Shown here: piece after piece, positions 58,901 to 64,000 of the stretch
Position numbering within the stretch: position 1 is the stretch's first letter
Layout of the letters: the number at the start of each line of letters is the position of its first letter
Origin: an uncultured Gammaproteobacteria bacterium
GTDB lineage: Bacteria; Patescibacteriota; Patescibacteriia; Magasanikbacterales; GWA2-37-8
Direction of reading: 5' to 3'
Assembly: GCA_964355175.1 (NCBI GenBank)
Contig: CAYHBZ010000001.1
Location: forward strand, 304,523-368,522
DNA length: 64,000 nt
Made by a program: the position numbers and the translations under genes
Notes under the pieces: model-generated
Told to the model about the DNA's origin: nothing
Seen by the model: the letters and a program-made list of their open reading frames with translations, nothing else
Database searches by the model: none

Positions 58901-61900
58901 GATCGGCTTTGTCCGGAAACTGGATCCTGATAATATTCCCTAAAGGCGTAATGCAAATTATTATTTTCTGATTTCAATACCGGCATATCTACCGAACTAG
59001 TGGACACTATTACCGATGATGACCAACTAGATCCGCTTTTGATAGTATGCTTTATTTTATTTTCGCTTCCCGCTTTATAAACCAAGTGTAATTTATTGTC
59101 GGCTGTCACGGCTAACAAAGGATAACTTGGGTATTGGTCAAAATTAAGATTATTAATAGCCGACCAACTGCCAGACAGGGGTTTAGATATAAAATTGATT
59201 GTTCTATTACCAGAAGTCTGACAACTATCATTCCAAGTCGCACCATCCACCCAAGCGACCGAAGTATTGCCGACACTATCTACAGTAAAATTTGGATCGC
59301 GTGATTCGGTAGAATTATTGGACAAATTAGCCGGACCAACCCATTTACTACCATCAAAATAGTAATGGTAAATTTCCTGATCATTGAAACTAACGCAACC
59401 GCCGCTACCACCGGAACTTTGCCACATCAAATGAGGATTAGATCCGACCATTTTTAACTTTAACGAACTTACAGGACGATAACCGGTTAAGTTGCCGTCG
59501 GTCTGCCACACTTTTTCATAGACAACTATCGGCTCAGTCCAAGTGCTATTTTGGTATTTTAGATACATTAATCTTTCTTTGATTATACGCGGGCTTTGAC
59601 TGAGATTGTCTTCTAAATAACGATACACCACATGAGCGACACCGGAGGAATCATATTCCAACATATATTGATCACGCGAAATGCTAGCCGTGCTAGTGCT
59701 GCTTTCCACTACATATTGAGGCATCGCCCAAGGATCAGCCGGCTTAGCGGACGGATCTTTGATAGTAAAATAATTATCACTGTTATCAATACCTTCTAAG
59801 AAATTTTTTGCGTCCGCGCCGCGTACTCTGATTTTAAATTTATCCCCTGTATAAGATGAACTGAGCGGTATGGCCCAATTATAACTTCCGGTATTTGGAA
59901 TATTGTTAACCAAACTTGTAAATGAATTTGGATATTCTAAATATAAACTTACTTTGGAAACACCGCCGGTTGACGAAGAGGTCCAATTAATCGTATTGGT
60001 CGCGCCCAGCGTAAATATTTCACCGCCGTTTGGTGAAGTCACCGTAAAGGTGGGAGCTGTGCCGTCGATTATTTCAAACGGCCCCCATTCTTTGGAAACA
60101 GATTCATTGCCACGAAAATCTCTTAAGTTGCCTTTTATTTTATAACCAGTACCTAGAGGTAAATCCGTTGGCACATACCATTTCATTTCCGCGTAATTAT
60201 TTACCGCTTGATTCACGGCTGTTCCCAAAAATTGCCAGATTTGATTCGTCGGATTCCATAGATAAAAATCCCCTTCCTTAATTCCCACATTATCCGATCC
60301 AAAGGTTAATAAACTATATTCTTGTTGATTTTTTACTTTATAAGTAGTCGCCCAACGTAATTCCGTGGCGGAATTTACTGGCGCAACCGTATCTGATTTT
60401 AAATGTGAAAAAAAACGAATATTAGTAGTGGTGGCATTTGGTGAAACATCGAAAGACTGACGGAAACCGTCATATTGTGTTTTTTCTATATATCCAAACA
60501 ACCGGCCATTATTATATCCTCCTTTGCTAAAATTTCCATCATTGTCTGTACTGACAGAGCCCGTACCCTGAGTAAACCCACCTACATTAGGAAATTTTTC
60601 TTTATCCAAAGTAACAAATCCGCTAATTCCACCAACATATTTACTGTCAGTGGCACTCATCTGCACCGACACTGGATTGGAATAATAATGTAAATTATTG
60701 TTAGTATCGAGCACACCCATCGAAAAATCATAAATTACATTCTCTTCAAAATAACCTATTATATATTTACTAGGATCATAACCGGTGTAGTTCCAGTTGG
60801 TATCGGTTTTTTTCTTGAACATCAAAATATAACCAGCGCGATTTGGATCCGGTTTTGATTGTGGGATAGTGGCAATAACCGCCGGGTTGCCGTTTAGGCT
60901 ATATTTAAAAACGGAAAAATATAACGGCAAGGCGGCGTAACTATTCGCGGCGCTGGCAAAATTAAAATTTTTCGCTATCCAGTTGTCATCATAGTTGGCG
61001 TCCCGATCGCCTTCCGCGTACAATCTAAAATCAACATTGCCGATATAGCCGATAGTATCCGGTATGTTAAAATTAACAACAACGGTTTCGTTTGGCTTGA
61101 TCACCGTACCTGCCGGCAAATTAAATGTCAGACCAGTATTATAATTATCCGCGAAAATATAAAAAGTGGTGGTGGCGACATAATCATATCCTCGATTTTT
61201 TATAGTCACAGTAAAATTTGCCTGACTTCTGTTTACCAAATTACCGGCATTTACCAAATCAACAAAAATTAAATCACCTTGCGCCAAAGCTCGAACAACC
61301 GATAAAGTAGACTTTATTTCCTGGTCAAAACTACCATCAGCCGCCTGACTCAATAAAATATTTTTATTCAAAACAGCCACCTTATCCAAATTCACTTGGT
61401 AAATCTTCCAAGTACTGACAGTCGCGCTTTCATCAATTACATTTTCCACACCAAGCAATCTTTCGTTCGTAGTATCATATTGTGAATTTAAATAATTCAA
61501 CAAACTGTTAATCTTACTCTGAATGGAAATTTGAAATCCTCCATCCGCGGCCAAAGTAAGGGTTTTGAAAGGATACAAATATTGCGCGGTAAAATTTATT
61601 AAATAATAGCTAGGGTTACTATTTTCAGTATAACGCATCGCTCCATCGGATGGGATACTATTGGTTATAAATAATAAAACTTTTGGCAAAGCATCTGAAA
61701 TAGAATAACTTCCGGCCCACAGCGCCCAAGCTACCTGCGCGCTAGTTTCCACATCACTGGCATATCTAGGCTGTAAACCATAGCCGCCGTCTTTATTTTT
61801 TTGCGCGATAATTTCATCCAAAAGCGCCTGGTAAGGCTGACCTAGACCAACCAAAATTCTAGCCTTTATCGCTTTCTCACGCAGATTGACCGGAGCGGTA

Positions 61901-62847
61901 TTTTTCAAAAAATTCACCGCGGCCGTATACTGATCATTATTGGTAAGTTTAAAATCACTTAACGCGAAAACCACTTCGGCCGTAGTCTCATACTGATTAT
62001 AGCGACCAAAACTACCATCGGGATTTTGCTGAGTAGAAATATAATACAAAGCATTATCGGAAGGATACTTTTCAATACCATCATAGCTAGCAATAATCGG
62101 CGTACCGGCACTAACACTCTCTACGCCCAGCCAAGCACGCAAATATTCACCAATAGTAGCCTGACGCCCATTTCTTTTTTTCAAATTTTCTTCAATCGAA
62201 TTTGCCTGTTCGCGAATACCGGCACCAGAGACAGAATATAAATCCAAATCAGATTGTTTTTCGATAAATCTATTTTTTATATCTGCCTTGATAGCTGATT
62301 CGTTCAAATCATGCAGAATATTTCTTTTAGGATTAGCTTTGAGATCTTTGCGCCAATCTACCACACTGTTTAAATTTGGATCAACGGTTTTATTTTGCGC
62401 TACATACGGATGTGCTTCTTTAATTCTGCTGGTCAAAAAATCTCTTTCTATTTTTATCCTATTTTGATCGGAGTTTTTATCGGTAGCAATTTCGCGATAT
62501 TGACCTACCATTTCCTGAATATCTTTAGGTACATGGTATTGATCCATCGCATCAGCGTCCCCCATTTTATGTTTGGGAATAGTTAGATTTTTCAAAGATT
62601 CACTATCGCGACGAGATGAAAACTCAGCGGCCTTTTGCTGATAAACAGAAAAATCCTGTGGCAAAACCACTTCCTGTTCCCAATCTATCGCCGACCAATC
62701 TGTTTCTGGTAAATTTGAAGCGGTAGAACTAACCGACAATACACCCTTGGTATTTTTCACACCGACAGCTTGTGCCAAAGTAGGCAAAAAATTACCTACG
62801 ACTAGGCTGATGATTATAGGTGTGACCAAAAGGCGTTTTAGGAACAT
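55996..62847 (-). CDS. Giant (2283 aa) secreted protein: N-terminal prenyltransferase/terpene-cyclase-like (PFTB-type) repeats, a central beta-rich region, and three C-terminal ~246-aa tandem repeats each containing a PKD domain
   Basis: Signal peptide MFLKRLLVTPIIISLVVGNFLPTLAQA. QNPDGSFG, QKNKDGGYG and QAADGSFD match the PFTB repeat pattern. YSYSWDFGDG appears three times (PKD hallmark). Confidence 0.6.
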   Translation of the reverse strand: MFLKRLLVTPIIISLVVGNFLPTLAQAVGVKNTKGVLSVSSTASNLPETDWSAIDWEQEVVLPQDFSVYQQKAAEFSSRRDSESLKNLTIPKHKMGDADAMDQYHVPKDIQEMVGQYREIATDKNSDQNRIKIERDFLTSRIKEAHPYVAQNKTVDPNLNSVVDWRKDLKANPKRNILHDLNESAIKADIKNRFIEKQSDLDLYSVSGAGIREQANSIEENLKKRNGRQATIGEYLRAWLGVESVSAGTPIIASYDGIEKYPSDNALYYISTQQNPDGSFGRYNQYETTAEVVFALSDFKLTNNDQYTAAVNFLKNTAPVNLREKAIKARILVGLGQPYQALLDEIIAQKNKDGGYGLQPRYASDVETSAQVAWALWAGSYSISDALPKVLLFITNSIPSDGAMRYTENSNPSYYLINFTAQYLYPFKTLTLAADGGFQISIQSKINSLLNYLNSQYDTTNERLLGVENVIDESATVSTWKIYQVNLDKVAVLNKNILLSQAADGSFDQEIKSTLSVVRALAQGDLIFVDLVNAGNLVNRSQANFTVTIKNRGYDYVATTTFYIFADNYNTGLTFNLPAGTVIKPNETVVVNFNIPDTIGYIGNVDFRLYAEGDRDANYDDNWIAKNFNFASAANSYAALPLYFSVFKYSLNGNPAVIATIPQSKPDPNRAGYILMFKKKTDTNWNYTGYDPSKYIIGYFEENVIYDFSMGVLDTNNNLHYYSNPVSVQMSATDSKYVGGISGFVTLDKEKFPNVGGFTQGTGSVSTDNDGNFSKGGYNNGRLFGYIEKTQYDGFRQSFDVSPNATTTNIRFFSHLKSDTVAPVNSATELRWATTYKVKNQQEYSLLTFGSDNVGIKEGDFYLWNPTNQIWQFLGTAVNQAVNNYAEMKWYVPTDLPLGTGYKIKGNLRDFRGNESVSKEWGPFEIIDGTAPTFTVTSPNGGEIFTLGATNTINWTSSSTGGVSKVSLYLEYPNSFTSLVNNIPNTGSYNWAIPLSSSYTGDKFKIRVRGADAKNFLEGIDNSDNYFTIKDPSAKPADPWAMPQYVVESSTSTASISRDQYMLEYDSSGVAHVVYRYLEDNLSQSPRIIKERLMYLKYQNSTWTEPIVVYEKVWQTDGNLTGYRPVSSLKLKMVGSNPHLMWQSSGGSGGCVSFNDQEIYHYYFDGSKWVGPANLSNNSTESRDPNFTVDSVGNTSVAWVDGATWNDSCQTSGNRTINFISKPLSGSWSAINNLNFDQYPSYPLLAVTADNKLHLVYKAGSENKIKHTIKSGSSWSSSVIVSTSSVDMPVLKSENNNLHYAFREYYQDPVSGQSRSRVMYTWFNGVVWKSNEEVSPIISGMSAEYPKLALAGQGKVQIVYQNYNNNSGQTNLAWTTKLANGSWLSPQNINLASQNYFNSDAVSLAGNGNNLMAVWSSGYLYGAQMVFNTADLTKDFNIPQSVNNITATSTKDGVVLKWDKYLDPVGNFDHFNIYRSQLMVSSTAGLMPLANIANVSSTEYTDNNFPSNGSYYYSVVAVNKSGYESLTGNFVGPISSVYVMPLSVQLVADTTIGVPPVTVKFSAETIGGSASKVPAKLDFSKLNLRNIIPSYASGSAEVQDNGDALYLNKMMWKAVNSPYTITPNTMVELDFKSNGKGWSHGFGFDNGYPDWNVKNYISLSSVYGLSASTDNSFNDYKEFGQWKHYKIPVGKLLANKAYSEMYFNSYCGNSSCPAVFDSYFKNVHVYESDKSYYSYSWDFGDGTPVQSSVVFAATTHQYLQDGDFSAKVIVSDGKNTDTKSVIISPGYLPLKAAIVASSTSGVPPLAVDFSANATDGAGKQVLALDFSKLNLRNIIPSYASGSAEVQDNGHTLYLNKMMWKAVNYSHTITPNTVVELDFKSNGKGWSHGFGFDNGYPDWNVKHFIALSAVYGESPTTDNSFNDYKEFGQWKHYKIPVGKLLANKAYSEMYFNSYCGNSSCPAVFDSYFKNINVYESDKSNYSYSWDFGDGVVTESSPAMNTINHIYNSVGTFNAKVIVSDGKNIDTKSVNINSGYLPLTASVFSAPIIGTSSLALSFTAEPAGGAASKVLAKLDFSKLNLRNIIPSFASGSGEAQDNGDTLYLNKMMWKAVNHPYTITSSTIVELDFKSNGLGWSHGFGFDNGYPDWNVKNYIALNAVYGESANTDNSFKDYTTYGQWKHYKIPVGKLLANKAYSEMYFTSYCGNAWCPAVFDSYFKNVYLYESDKPYYSYTWDFGDGVITPASVINSSLSHTYSAPGVFKPKVIISDGISAFIKDLLVSVPIN
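56030..58250 (-). repeat. Three about 738-bp tandem direct repeats (intragenic)
   Basis: Long stretches are identical between copies 2 and 3 (e.g. ttgaaataagaatcaaagacagccggacatgagctgttgccacaataggaattaaagtacatttcgctgtaggctttgttggctaataattttcctactggaattttgtagtgtttccattggccgaactctttgtaatcattgaaagaattatcagt at about 56940 and about 57680). Copy 1 is about 85% similar. Confidence 0.6.
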
Positions 62848-62857
62848 ATAATTAAAT

Positions 62858-63517
62858 TTAAGATAACATCCTTATTATTAGAAAACAAAATAGATAAACC
62901 ACTATTGAAAAAAATACTAGGTACATAAAAATATTGCCCATTTCCAATGTATCTAGTTTGCGTTCTACAAAAAATTTTTTATCCGACAATAATTTATTGG
63001 CTTCGTTTGCTATATCAACAAGAAATAATTTCGTAAATTTAGTAGGTAAAAATATCAAATTCTTTTCATAGAACTCAAAATCCGTATCATCGTCGGCATT
63101 ATCTGAAGACGAAAACACAATCGCAATGCTATAATAATAGCTCTTTAAAGATACACTCTTGGTTATAATAAAACGATCTACCATCTTTAATGGAAGACGT
63201 ACCGAATCACACCAAATTTCTCCTGAAACATAATCTATTTTAAAAGCATGCGACCCCGATAGAGCCAAAATATTTTTCAAGATTAGATAAAAAACAAACA
63301 GAACTAAAACAAGGCCAAGATAATCTTTTGGCGCCTGCGGAATTAAACGAGACAGTCCATATCTTTGGTAAGTAAAATAAAAAATTAAGAAAAATACAAC
63401 AAACCACGACAAATTAAGAAAAATAGCGAGATAATTTTTTTGTTTAACAATCAATTCTTGATTTGAATGCTTGACGGAAAATCTTCCAAAAGTAATAATT
63501 TTTTGCAATAAATTCAT
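62858..63517 (-). CDS. Hypothetical membrane protein
   Basis: 219-aa ORF with 3 hydrophobic segments and an acidic DNADDDTDFEF patch. Confidence 0.35.
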   Translation of the reverse strand: MNLLQKIITFGRFSVKHSNQELIVKQKNYLAIFLNLSWFVVFFLIFYFTYQRYGLSRLIPQAPKDYLGLVLVLFVFYLILKNILALSGSHAFKIDYVSGEIWCDSVRLPLKMVDRFIITKSVSLKSYYYSIAIVFSSSDNADDDTDFEFYEKNLIFLPTKFTKLFLVDIANEANKLLSDKKFFVERKLDTLEMGNIFMYLVFFSIVVYLFCFLIIRMLS

Positions 63518-63523
63518 AATAAT

Positions 63524-64000
63524 TTAATTGATTTTTTTATGCCAATGTAGCTTATCCACTTTTCTAATATTTTCCTCTTCGCCGATAATCTCTAAATATT
63601 CCAATAATTTTATCAATTCATCGTCATCCTCCTGTCCGATAAACTCTTTTACAAATACAGCGTTGCCGTAGTTACGCTCCAATTTTTCTTTAGAATCATC
63701 CACCATAATAATTGAATCCAAGGCATAGCCGGTTTTTTTCTTTATTTTTCGTAAATCTTTTATATTATAAAAATAACCTAAATCGTGATCAAACCGACGA
63801 ACACAATGCTGACTCGTCAAAACTATTTTTAGCTCCCCGAGATCTTTAAAAATAACATCGACAACTTGACCTGCATAGTCCTCGCCTGATGAGGTCCAGA
63901 CCGCAACATCAAATAATTCTAAACACTGCTGTAAAAATTTATCTAGTCCAGGTCTTTTATAAATATTATATTCAAATACCTTAAAATCCGGCTCCCGCCC
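63524..64000 (-). CDS. NIF/FCP1-like HAD-family phosphatase, 5'-partial (continues beyond window end)
   Basis: The minus-strand frame is open to the window edge; the ORF-track start at 63820 is an internal Met. ..KRPGLDKFLQQCLELFDVAVWTSSGEDYAGQVVDVIF.. matches the NLI-interacting-factor phosphatase core. Confidence 0.5.
   Translation of the reverse strand, partial: GREPDFKVFEYNIYKRPGLDKFLQQCLELFDVAVWTSSGEDYAGQVVDVIFKDLGELKIVLTSQHCVRRFDHDLGYFYNIKDLRKIKKKTGYALDSIIMVDDSKEKLERNYGNAVFVKEFIGQEDDDELIKLLEYLEIIGEEENIRKVDKLHWHKKIN

Overview
The window is AT-rich (roughly 35-40% GC by eye), almost every gene is on the minus strand, and the content looks like a Candidate Phyla Radiation (Patescibacteria)-type genome. 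That call rests on gene content, a stand-alone 16S rRNA gene and several giant secreted proteins. Housekeeping genes present: rpsU, hisS, lepB, tRNA-Ile/Val/Ser, hldD, an hldE-like kinase, 16S rRNA, trmD, rpsP, a KH-domain protein, smc, a DHH phosphoesterase, clpP, a probable RNase P RNA, vanW, hsp20, recQ, comF, rsmA, tsaC, prfB and doxX. The accessory content is as follows. (i) A type IV secretion-like cluster at 30.4-42.2 kb holds a VirB4 split into two ORFs, a VirB6/TrbL-like protein with a long C-terminal extension, a VirB3-like protein and several hypothetical proteins, and sits directly beside ComF. Two giant proteins with TrbC/VirB2-like pilin N-termini lie at 0-4.8 kb. (ii) Four giant secreted proteins of 1472, 1398, 2649 and 2283 aa carry tandem repeats; the last has three near-identical 738-bp PKD-containing repeats. 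(iii) A 55-70 nt palindromic element occurs in at least three copies, two of them inserted in-frame in coding sequence (smc and a cluster gene), resembling Rickettsia palindromic elements. (iv) A 1.4-kb mosaic island at 42.3-43.7 kb is anomalously high in GC (about 60%) and encodes two small Cys-rich secreted or lipoprotein-type ORFs. A consensus sigma70-type promoter and a leader with an 11-codon upstream ORF plus a 14-bp hairpin sit between them. (v) A heptose-kinase domain fused to a cupin domain lies next to hldD. (vi) The rpsP-KH-trmD operon is disrupted by a giant adhesin gene and the 16S rRNA gene. No CRISPR array, integrase or transposase was recognised.
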